A stretch of 64,000 nucleotides of DNA from Eledone cirrhosa (Eukaryota). The stretch spans positions 105,524,001 to 105,588,000 of the forward strand of contig OZ024741.1 in NCBI GenBank assembly GCA_964016885.1, read 5' to 3'. The notes beneath the pieces were generated by a model, which worked only from the letters and a program-made list of their open reading frames with translations, did no database searches and was not told where the DNA came from. A program made the translations under genes and the position numbers. Below are positions 13,682-26,040 of this stretch, one piece after another (positions within the stretch are counted from its first letter, which is position 1; each line of letters starts with the position of its first letter).

Positions 13682-13912
13682 CATACACACACACATATAT
13701 ATATATAAAATCAACATTATAATAATGCATATAATATTGAAAAATGTACTAGGCATAACAAATATTAACAGCTCCATGTAGAAGGCAGTATTGTAAACAG
13801 CAGAGCAATAGCTAGAGCACTAAACTAATTAATCGCTGTAGGAACACACGCGCACATATATATATTAAATTTGGTTTGTCGTAGCACAAGTTAAGAAATG
13901 TTTGTCACTGTG

Positions 13913-13955
<43 letters not shown>

Positions 13956-14129
13956 TATATATATACACATATATATATATATACCAGTGTATGTTTATTA
14001 AACAACAGACTATTTATATTCAAGTAAAACTGCTTAAGAATTATCAGTTTAGACAACTGAAAATTTCGTTGACAGAAAATGATAACAAAACATTGTTTAA
14101 ACAATTGACTAGATGTCTTATTTTACACT

Positions 14130-14515
14130 TATCATAACAGTTGTCATATTTTAGATGATATCCTCACAATTGTCATATGTTAGATGATATCATAAGATCT
14201 GTCATATGTTAGACGATATCATAACAGTTGTCATGTATTAGACAATATCATATGATTTGTCATATGTTAGGCAATATCATAAGATTTCACATGTTAAATG
14301 ATATAACAGTTGTCATGTGTTAGACAATATCATCTGATCTGTCATATGTTAGACAATATCATAAGATCTCATATGTTAGATGATATGATAACAGTTGTCA
14401 TATGTTAGACAATATCATAAGATCTGTCATATGTTAGATTGTCACATGCTAGACATCATAAGATCTGTCATGTTAGATATCATAACAATTGTCCTATGTT
14501 AGACAACATGATAAC
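14130..14515. repeat. ~29-bp minisatellite (atcataagatctgtcatatgttagacaat)
   Basis: About 13 copies. Confidence 0.88.
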
Positions 14516-14579
14516 AAACGTAAGTCTGGAGAGAAACATTAAATTAAGTATTTCATCAATCTCAGACAATTAGTACCTG

Positions 14580-14666
14580 TGTGTGAATATATACATGTAT
14601 ATGTTCATACACATATATTCCACACACATACACACATCACATATATACATACACACATACACCCAT

Positions 14667-14715
<49 letters not shown>

Positions 14716-14754
14716 TATATATATTTATATACACACACACACACATACATATAG

Positions 14755-14785
<31 letters not shown>

Positions 14786-14812
14786 CACACAGAAAGACAC
14801 ATATAGATATAG

Positions 14813-14843
<31 letters not shown>

Positions 14844-14936
14844 TACACACATATAGATATATATACACACACACACATATAGATATATAGATATATAGAT
14901 ATATATACACACACACACACACATATAGATATATAT

Positions 14937-14981
<45 letters not shown>

Positions 14982-15015
14982 TGTGTATGTATATAATTAT
15001 GTATGTATGCACATA
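14580..15015. repeat. Compound (TA)/(CA) microsatellite, probably in the tetraspanin 3' UTR
   Basis: Direct reading; 0.3-0.7 kb downstream of the stop. Confidence 0.9.
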
Positions 15016-15301
15016 CAAACAATATCTTCAACACAAAAAATAGCCATATGTAAAACATTTGAAGAGAAAAAAGAAGAGGATTTTTTTTCTTTTGACATAT
15101 TTTTTGTCAATGTATTGCTGTGTGTCCTTTTACATCCAGCAGCCCATAAATATTTGAATTTCCTCCTGTGCTGGGCTTAGTTGGTTATCAAATACAGAGA
15201 GTTAGACAACACAGAAGTAGTGGTGGCGATGGTAGGCTTGTGTGATAACTGCCTGACAACGAGCATATGTTAACGGCCAGCACAGTATAGTTAGGGTGTT
15301 C

Positions 15302-15406
15302 TTAAGAATTTGCAGAACTTGAGGAGCCGATCACACCAACACAATACCATGTTCGGTATTCTTCAACCCGCCGGATAAAGTAGTACCCCAGCAAAAATCC
15401 AATGAT
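15302..15406 (-). CDS. TSPAN15: Tetraspanin last coding exon: [34 protein letters not shown]
   Basis: Long polypyrimidine tract + ttccag; completes TM4; TAA at 15302-15304. Confidence 0.85.
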   Translation of the reverse strand: MIGFLLGYYFIRRVEEYRTWYCVGVIGSSSSANS

Positions 15407-18400
15407 CTGGAAATAGAAAGAAAGAACACAAGAGGAGAATATTTGAGAATGATTTAAACTGAATATATATACACACAGATCCTATGTTTTTATTTGTTTC
15501 AAACATTGTAGCAAAAGTGTATGAGTTCACAAATTTCTCCTCCAAACCGTGGGAGGGCTCTGTAGAAACAGTAGACAGCTTCTGCTACCTAGGTGACTGA
15601 ATTAGCAGCGGAGGTGGGTGTTCGGAAAGTACAATAACTAGGGTAAGAATGGGATGGAAGAAGTTCAGGGAGCTACTGCCACTGCTAGCTGCAAAAGGCT
15701 TTTCCCTCAAAATGAAAGGCAGACTGTATGATGCGTGTATACGAACAGCAATGTTACATAGTAGTGAGACCTGGGCGTTGTCTGTGGAAGACTTGCGTAG
15801 ATTAGAAAGAAACGAAGCCTGCATGCTCCGATAGATGTGTAACAGTAATATACGCGAACGGCAAAGCATGAACGAATTGAGAGAGAGAGAGACTGAGCAT
15901 AAGAGGAATCAAATGTTGTGTGCAGAAGAGGCGGTTGCGTTGGTATGGACATGTGATGCGTATGAAGGATGACAGCTGCATAAAAAGGTGCAGAGCACTA
16001 GAAGTCGATGGAAACCGCGGAGTGGGGAAACCCAAGAAGACCTAGGATGAGGTGATAAAAGCCGACCTTACCCAATTACACCTCTGGCGTCACAACCATG
16101 ATCTCTGGCGTCACGTAGTAATACAGAAGACCCGACTCCCCACGGGTACAAGCTGAAGGATATAGACAATATGCCGCCACACCCTCCCACTGCAAAGTGG
16201 TCGTGGAGGTGCCACGGCAAAAAAGCACCCAGCCTACACTGTAAATGAGGTTGGTGTTAAGAAGGGCATCCAGCTGTAGAAATCAAGCCAGAATCAGTTC
16301 CCATATGAGCAAGACAAGGTCAGCCAACCGGACACTGCCCACAACAGGACAACCCGTCTAACCCATGCTAGTGTGGAAGAACGGACGTAAAACGGTGATG
16401 ATGATGATGATATATATATAATCATCATCATCGTTTAACATCTATCTTGCATGGGTTGGCAATGTCGTACCTTGCTCAAATGAAACTGTATTTTGGCTGA
16501 GAATTTTACAGCTGGATGTCCTTCCTAACGCAAACCACATTTATTGTGTGGAACTGGGTGGTCTTGTTATGAGACATGTCTGGCCAGATAAATATATATA
16601 TATATATATTTATTTAGGTTTGTTGGTTCACCACTGGATAGAACTGGTCATTCTGTATGGTCAACCTCAATGTAATATTATGAAGAGCACGGAGTTAATT
16701 ATTGTAAAATAACAGGAGGCCGGACTGGTGTAAGGTTTATTATACTGTGATCATTTCAATGACCAGGTTTTTATGAATCCGGTGACATCATCAGGTATTC
16801 GAAATATAATAAAGGAATATAATAGACAAAATCCATGGGGCTGAAAAGCAGAGACGTGAAGGCGGCCGAACATTTAGCAGCTTCTAGCCCGGTCAGCCGC
16901 TACAGGACTAGAATTGTTTCATTTGAATGAAATTATTAGGAATATCCTGGTGATTTATCTCTACTAATGCATTGAGCACCTTATTTAACTGTGGAGTCTT
17001 TTTCTGCCCATCCCACTTAGAAAACCATCCTTGCTAGCATGAAACAGCAGACATAAAAACGATGATGATGATATATATATATTATGCTTGTTAGTAACAG
17101 CATATAGACTGGGTTAGCAAGAGTTATGTCTCATTGGCATTGACAGTTACATCAGTGAAAGAGGTATAAACCATTATTAACCATTCAGGGCGGTGGATTG
17201 GCAGTATCGGTAGAGGGTCGGATGCCATGCTTTCCAGCATAGTTACGTCCCTTTACGATCTGAGTTCAAATCCCGCCGAGGTTGACTTTGCCTTTCATCC
17301 TTACGGGGTCGATAAAATAAAGTACCAGTAATGCACTGGGTAATTGCTGGCCTTGTGCCTAAAGTAGAAACAATTATTAACCATTCAGCTGTCTTCTACT
17401 TTTCTAAAGATCTTAATTAAAGTATATTTATCACATTTAATTTACTTAAATTTTATTAATGCTTATAACTAATAATTTACAACTAACTCCATTATTAGAC
17501 CTCTCCTGGTCACTGGTACTTACCCAATCATCAATATGGCCACAAGCTAAAACAAAAGAACTCTGACAAACTGATTAATCAATAGTTTAAACACCAGTCT
17601 GCCCTAAACCAAGTCTATTAAATATTTATTAATACTTTAAACACCAGCCTGCCCAAAACTGACTCGATATAAATGTTCAAATTTATATTCAAATCTGGAG
17701 CGAAATTTAATTATTTCACACAAGATAATATATTCATCATCATCATTGTGACCACATTCGAAAATTCCTGACAAAGTCTCTCTACAATTCACAATTTTCC
17801 ATTGCTCCTGGAAACTGCTCCCTACTGAGGTTTGTATTATTATATTACAGTAGTTAAACATTTGTCTTTTATTATTAAGTTGGAAGTTATTTTACTAAAA
17901 CTTCCATAATTGTTGATAATTTTGATAATCAAAACACAAAGACATATATATAACACAAAGACACATATATTGTTGTTAGAAATAAGGTCATGATAGGGTT
18001 AAATGAAATATAAATTTGATAAATCTGAGAGAAACAAACCTGAGGTATTGCACTTCCAAGTCCAGCCATTCCAACAATATCTAGTCGTAGAACTAACAGT
18101 CTTCGTAACAAAGGAGTACAGCCATTAGTATGGATGATTTGGTTTGTCTCCACAGTCTAGTAGACAAAATGACAACAAAAACATTATAAACATCATCATC
18201 ATCACCATTTAACATCTAACATCTATTTTCCATGCTTGCATGGGTTAGATAGGTATGTCATGTTCTGAGGCTAGATAGGGCAGGAGACTACATCTTTCTC
18301 ATATGTTCATTTTTGATAGGTTTTCTACAGCTGGATGTCCTTCTTGACACCAACTACTTTATAGAGTAAACTGAGTGTTTTTTGTCATGGCACCAGCACC

Positions 18401-21400
18401 ATCACCTTACAGGGAAGATTAACAAATATAAAAACAAATACTAATGACAATTTATTCTCTAAATAGAGAATTGGCATTTCAACCACTGTAAGGCCAATAG
18501 ATATGTAATTTGGTTCCAAAAAGTCTTTTTGACTCAACATTGCTTTCCAACCACTTTACAGAGTGTACTGGGTATATTTTACTGTGACACCAGCACTACT
18601 ACTTTACAGAGTGTACTGGGTGTATTTTATTGTGGATCCAGCACTACCACTTTACAGAGTATACTGGGTGTATTTTATTGTGACACCAGCACTACCACTT
18701 TACAGAATGTACTGGGTACATTTTATCATGGCACCAGCTTTACCACTTTACAGAGTGTACTGGGTGTATTTTATTGTGGTACCTGTGCTACCACATAACA
18801 GATTGTATTAGCTATATCATTGTGGCTCCAACACTCCCACATTACATGGTGGACTGGGTGTATTTTATTGTGGCACCAACACTACCACTTTACAGTGTAT
18901 ACTGGCTGTAGTTTATTGCAGAACTAGTACTACCAATTTACAGTGTGTACTGGGTGTAGTTTATTGTGCCACTAGCAATATTGAGTTTACTTTGAATCTT
19001 ATATTGTTTCTGTCCATTCAAGCAGCATGATCAAGAAGAGAGACAAGAGTGGTAGGTGATGTGTGCAAGTATATGATGACAGATGTGGCCTTATGGTCAG
19101 GTGATGATCAACTCCAGCCATTTCGTGGAATTTGAACTCAAAATGTAATAGATTCCACAAACATCTCATCCCATCCTCCACCAATTCCACAGATCCACTG
19201 CCATTTTATTGAACCAAATAAGGGGGATGACGAGCTAGGTACATATAACATTAAAGACAACTGGAAATTCCTACGTGACAACCTACTGAGGAGACTTGTG
19301 GCTAGAGTAAAGTACCAACCCGACAGAGAGTGACCTGGTGGTGGAACTACACAGTGGCTAGAACCATTAAAGCCAAGAGACAGGCATAGAAAGACTGGAA
19401 ATATTGGGGTAGCAGAGACCAGTACCAGATTGCTAAGAGAGAAGTTAGATGACAGATATACACAGCTCAGAGAGAGGCTGAAATGAAAGATGGCCAATGT
19501 TTTGAGATGTGAGGACCAGAGAAGTGAAGTGTTTCTCATTGTAAGGCAGTGTGTTAGTGTATGATGATGATGATGATGAAATGAATGAAAAGCAAAGTTG
19601 AACTCAGAGTGTATTGGAGCAAGATGTTCTATCTAACATAACAGAGTTCACTGGGTGTATTTTATTGAGGCACCAGTACTACCACATTACATGGTGGACC
19701 AAGTGTATTTTATTGTGGTACCAGCACAACCACTTTACAGACTGTACTGGGTGTACTTTTTGTGGCACCAATATTCTGCCAATTTGCCACCTTTTGGTGG
19801 TTAAACATCTCCATTAAACTATCTACAATGGAGTTTTATTAAACCAAAGACTTTTAAGACTTAATTGAGACAATTGATATTCAGTGAAAGTTCTAAAAAA
19901 ATAAATAAACAAATATATCTAAGTTATTTTTTGGGGTGGGTGGAAGTAATAAATAGCTTTTGAAATGTGAAGTTTGTAATAAAAGTTACCTACCAGGTTT
20001 CGACGGACATTATAACCACAAGAGTAATGAGGAAAGTTTCCCTGAAAAAGAACAATTTACATTCAGTAAGAGACACAAAAATATTTAGATATTATGTTGT
20101 CATATTGTGACACATTTACAAATAACTCTTATAATTAGCAACATTAGCAACATCATTAGCAACATTATTAACATCTATTTCCCTATGTTGGTATGGCTTG
20201 GACAGGTTTTCAATGCAACAAGTTTTCATGTATCAATTAATATCAATTAATCTGTGAAACAATCTTTATATGAAGTTGTGTGGTCTAGTGATTAGGGTTT
20301 TGGGTTCATAATCATAAGGTTGAGGATTCAATTCCCAGAACATTGTGTTATAGAGCAAGGTACTTCAAATATGAATACCATCAGAATATACTACTACCTT
20401 ACAGAGTGTACAGGGTACATTTTATCATGGTGCCAACACTAAAATGATCATTGCACCCTCAGTAAGAATCTCAACATAGTATATTATTGATCTGGTATAT
20501 AGTAGTTAAGTATTAATATAGAGACTTCACTCGATAGTACCAATGAAAATAACTAAAGAAGTAATGAGTAATAAAATTAAGTAATTAAGTATTCCCTATT
20601 TGTTGTTCCATCTTTATCTTCACTAAAGGGTAGAGACAAAACAACTTGAAGGGAGGACTCAAAATAAAGTCATGTATACATAAAAATAGAATCTCAGTTT
20701 GAATATGGTGAAAATATCCTTGCAATTTCAAGACCAAAATTCCCTGTAGAAGTGTTTAGGTCAGGGGTCACAAATTCAAGAACTCAAAAGGGCCATTATG
20801 TCATGTTGGAGAGGCACAGCAGGCTAATAGTGCAACCAGAGGGGGCGAGGAGGTATGATTTCAACACATATAATACTAATCTGCAATACAGCTTATGGGC
20901 TGATATTTATTTTATTTTATTTTATTTTATTTTTATCAAAATGAATATGTACATGAGAGTAAGTGGGATACGTGAATTTGTAAACTATAAATGAACAAAT
21001 TTTCTGTTTCAAATTTTACTTGATTACTCATGAGAATTGTTCTGCCACAGACCACAGAAAAGTAGTTTGTGGGTCACCTGTTTAAGAACCCTGGTTTAGG
21101 TGATGAAAAGCAAGCAAAAGAGAAATTAAAATGGCTTAGATAAAAGAGAAAAGCAACATTATTTGTAATGAAATATTTTAGTATTACTAACCGGAGAACT
21201 GATACAACAAGAGGGGGGGACACCACATGATTCTTCTCCATTGGCATCACATTTAAAATATTTATTCACCTCGTAGTCATGGAAAGAATCAAAACCACAG
21301 CATTCCCACTGAAAAATAATATTACAAAAAAATATTTCTTTCATTTGTTACCATATTTTTAATGCCTATGATTTTCAAATATCTTTAAAAGTAATCAAGA

Positions 21401-24400
21401 ATTTGGATGGATTTAATAATTTAATTAACTTTTTTATTATTAAGCTTGGAATGTAACAAAAGTTCTGACATAAAATTATAATTGTTTCTACTTTAGGCAC
21501 AAGGCCAGCAATTACCCAGTGCATTACTGGTACTTTATTTTATCGACCCCGTAAGGATGAAAGGCAAAGTCAACCTCGGCGGGATTTGAACTCAGATCGT
21601 AAAGGGACGTAACTATGCTGGAAAGCATGGCGTCCGACCCTCTACCGATACTGCCAATCCACCGCCCTGACATAAAATTATAATGGATGGTTTTTAGATT
21701 AAAAAAAAACAACACTTTAATCCTTTTGTTACCATATTTCTAGTGAAAGAAACTGCCTATGATTTTCAAATAATTTTTGAAATAATCAAGAATTAGGATA
21801 AATTTAGCAAAATTATAACTTTCTCATTATTAAGCTGATGTTTGAAACAAAGGTTCAGACGTAAAATTCTGATGGAATTTTTTATATAAATATAAGCAAT
21901 TTAAAGCAAACACTGATTTAATATGTAAAGGGTTAAAAGGACTAAATAGAGCAACATGAAATAAATTCCATAAATATACTTTAATTAGTAAACTTACCGA
22001 ACTCTGAAGCCTATCCAAAGTTAATTGCATTTGTTTATCGGTATGGTATTCTGCAAGAGATGGTCTTAGTTCTTGGGTATTCAGTGTCATCTCGGTCTGA
22101 AAATAATTGTAATGGCATTAAAGGTATGATTCAAAGGCCATAGTCCTCTATATATAGCATTTCATTTATAGTACACTTCTATCACCAAAATAATTTTAAT
22201 GGCATTAAAAACATGGTTTAGAAGCTACAGTATTCTCATCATTAATGTTACCTCAGTCTAAAAATAATTTTAATGGCATCAAGACCTTCTTCTTGCACCT
22301 GTGATACAAACAAGCACGAAAAGTTGTATTAGAGATAGTAAAGGTGCTCAAAGTTAAAGCAGGAGGACTTTAGGGGTAAGCCTATAAGCAAATAAAGTGT
22401 TCTGGCAGACCACTGCCAACTTCATGATAAGAAGTCCTCCTCCATGCCTGCTATCAGGAATGTGTCTAGGATTCTCTCTTCAGAGAAGTACATCCTTGCA
22501 AGGTGGAGAGAATACTTTTCTGATCTAAATCAAATTCCATGAGACTTATTGTGGAAGGTTCTGCAGAAGTATGGGATCGACGGTCAGCTTCTTGTTGCCC
22601 TGATGTCTCTATATGAATGCCTTAGTATTTGCATTCAGACAAATAGTGCTAAATCAAAACCATTCAATGTAGAAGTCAAACTCTGCCAAGTGTACATACT
22701 GTCACATCTCCTGTTCATCATCTTCATAAACAGGATGGACATGAGCAACCAGATTGGAAGTGGTATCAAGACTGATGGGTGTAGGGTCAGTCGGCTGGAG
22801 TTTGCAGGTATTACTTAACTCATCCAAAGGTGATCTCTGACATGCACTTGATGCTGAGTGCTGCATGGCTGGAATAAAAATCAGTGCAAGGAAGCCTATG
22901 CAGTGCACTCTACATGTGAGTGGAGTTCCACAGAAGCAAGTTGAGAAGTTCAAGTTTCTCGGGGCAGTGTTCATATCTGATGGAAGGTAGGCAGCTGAAT
23001 TAAGTGCAAGAATTGCAGCCTCTGGGGTAGTAATGTTTAGGAGAGATGGTCTCCATTTTATTGTAGTTCCATGTTATAATTGTTGTAAACAAATATTCTC
23101 ATACATAATTAGGTATAGTCCAGATCCATGATAGGTGGTTAGAGAAAAGTTAACATGCTTGTCTTCAGTGTGTGTGCAAAAGAGAAAGATGGGGGTGTAT
23201 GTGGCTCAGGTGTGATAGCGTCTGTATCCAAATGTGCTTGTTTAAGTCTATCAACCGCAATGGTCTCTCTGGATCCCTTAATGTCTACAGTGAAATGTTT
23301 ATCAGAACGAGCTAATACACGGTAGGGTCCAGAGTACGGTTGTGTGAGAGGTGGTCTCACAGCATCGTTTCTTACAAACACATGGGTCCACGAGGCAATA
23401 TCCCTCGGGGCTGCAGATTTTACAGTTTGTTTCCTCGTATCCATCGGCGGCAGGTCCTGAAAATAAGAACGCAGACGGGATACGTAGGAAAGCGGATCTT
23501 GTGCAGCAAGATCGACAGGGGAAAGCATTTTCCCAGGTAACGCTAGAGGAGCACCATACAATAATTCGGCCGAGGAGAACCCAACGCGTAGAGTCAGGAG
23601 AAGTCCGTAGAGCGGCTTTTAGTTGTCGGTGGAAGCGCTCCACCATTCCATTAGAGGCAGGATGATATGCAGTCGTTCAGAAGAGATTTGATTCAAACTG
23701 CCTTCCACGGAACGTAGTAATTGATGTTGGTACTCCATATCGAGCGATCCATCCAGACACAAGGGCACGCGCTGTCGTTTCAGAAGTAATATCTTTCAAG
23801 GGGATGGCTTCAGGCCATCGTGAAAAATGATCAATAACAGTCAATAGTTAAGTATGACCACCACTGACTGGCCAAGGTCCCATGAATGTGCCGGAAACGG
23901 GCGTCCGGTGTACTGAAAGTACCGAGCGGAGCCTTAACGTGTTTATGGATTTTCGATTTCTGGCAAGCAATGCAGGAACGGCACCAAGCAGTAATATCGT
24001 GCCTCATATTTGGCCAGAAGAATCTGGCTGTTATGAGCTTTACTGTGGCAGAAGAACTAAGGGCAGTTAATCGACTGCCTCCAAAGTCAAAGCTAGGTGG
24101 CGTGATCTTCTACAAATGCACCAGCTTCAGTATTCATTCATCAGAAGAAGGGAGGGAGGTAAGTATAAAAGCCAAACTTGTTATCTTCAATTCAGTATTC
24201 GTGCCAAGCCTTAACTATGGTCAGGAGTCTTGGGTAACAACCCAAAGAATACGATTGCAAATAAAAGCGGTTGAAATGAGGTTCCTCTGAAGGATCTTTG
24301 GAGTAATATTACTCGATACAGTGTATAGCTTGGAGATCAGAAGTCACACCAAGTAGAACCATTTTTTCTTTGACTTGAGAGATCACAGATCTGATACTAC

Positions 24401-25968
24401 AGACATGTATTTAGAATGTCTTAGGAAAGAATTGCTGGATAGATTTTAAGGGTAAAAACCAGCCAGCAAGAGCCCCAGGGGTACACTCTGAACAAGATGA
24501 TTGGATAACACCCATGAGCTTGGCTGGTCTCGCTTAGGGATCCAGCTGGATCAATTGGTGGAGACAGTTGCTTCTGACAGGATTCACTGGAAGGCGTGTT
24601 TGAGAACTCTCCTCAACAACATTCCCAGGAATATGTGGGTGAAGAAGTAGAAGAAAGCATTAAGGCATGGTTTAAAAGCCACAGTAGACTATTCTTTGAT
24701 TTCCTTTGAGTTTGAGTTCAAAACATACTTAGCTCTGCTCCATCCTGACAACAGATAGTGTAAAACAGCAGCCCTAACAATATGTTAATGTACAAAATTG
24801 AATTTATACATATATATATATAAATATATATTGATCTTTGACTGATTTATTCACTAATTCCATGTGCTGACACTGGGCTTATCCCCATTGAAACATTTAT
24901 AGAGATTAAAGATGAAATTTGATGAAAAACCTTGGTTTCTTGCTCTGTTAACTATATATATAAACATATCAAAAATAAAGGGGACCTTTAGTTCAATGGT
25001 TCAAAGCATTCAGTCAGAGGTGTGAAAATCAATTCTTTGATATAGCTGCTTGGCCACTTTTTTTTTCAGGCTATATGAGTATTTAACCCAATTTTCTAAG
25101 CTTTTATTTACAACAATCAACTGTGGTTACAGTTATTTCCTGCATTTGGGATTTCTACATTTTCTAAGCATATATATTTTTTCCCCTCCACAATGGCTGA
25201 CTGAATTCATGTTTTTTTTTCTCTAAAGCTTTTTTTCCCGTTCCTTCTTCACACACACATATATCATTTCACTCAGATTGAGAAATAATAAAACAGTAAA
25301 AAAAAAGGAAAAATATTTAAAATGACCCAAACAGCTAAATCCAAAGGATAGAGTATTAAAATATGGAAGCGGACATCAATGTTGAGTGATATATATTAAT
25401 CTTTATTGAAGATAGAAAGTTTAATGCAACTATCCTATTGTTGAGATGCACTTTAGAAATGAAACATGGAAAAGTTATATTAATATCAATCAATAAAATT
25501 CCGATCAGATTGAATAGTTAAAAATCAGCCATCATGATGATTCTATTTATTGTAGAAAAAATAACAAACAAACAAAACAAATTAAAATATTGATAAAATA
25601 CTATTGATAGATAAAATCAAGCATAATGTATACAGATCTTTCTTCTTTCTTTATTTATTTTCTCAATACATATATATATATATATATAGAAAATGGACGT
25701 TAAACGATGATGATGATGATGATATATTGGATGGTTAGTACACTTTAATTTATTCATTTAATTGATTTGTATTCATCTTTCCTTTCATAGACAATATGTT
25801 CATCACTCTGGTGGTTTTTGATCCCCTATGATTGAACACATATCTCTATGTGTACATCTCTCTATATGGTCATTTATAAAGAGCCCAGAATCTATTCCTT
25901 GAGCTCATTAAATTATAGGGGATTAATGTGAGTCTTTAACTTCGTTTTTTAATTTGATATATATGCAT

Positions 25969-26040
<72 letters not shown>

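Noticed and set aside
17188-17280. tRNA genes suggested by A/B boxes
   Set aside because: These are SINE heads with TSDs and conserved bodies, not complete cloverleaves.
17664-17807. 144-nt open AG/GT-bounded segment on the minus strand
   Set aside because: Short pyrimidine tract, no tetraspanin similarity, and it would split TM4; needs RNA-seq support.
18550-18978. CRISPR-like look of the regular repeats (also 14130, 28225, 42470)
   Set aside because: Head-to-tail units without unique spacers, no cas genes, eukaryotic intron.
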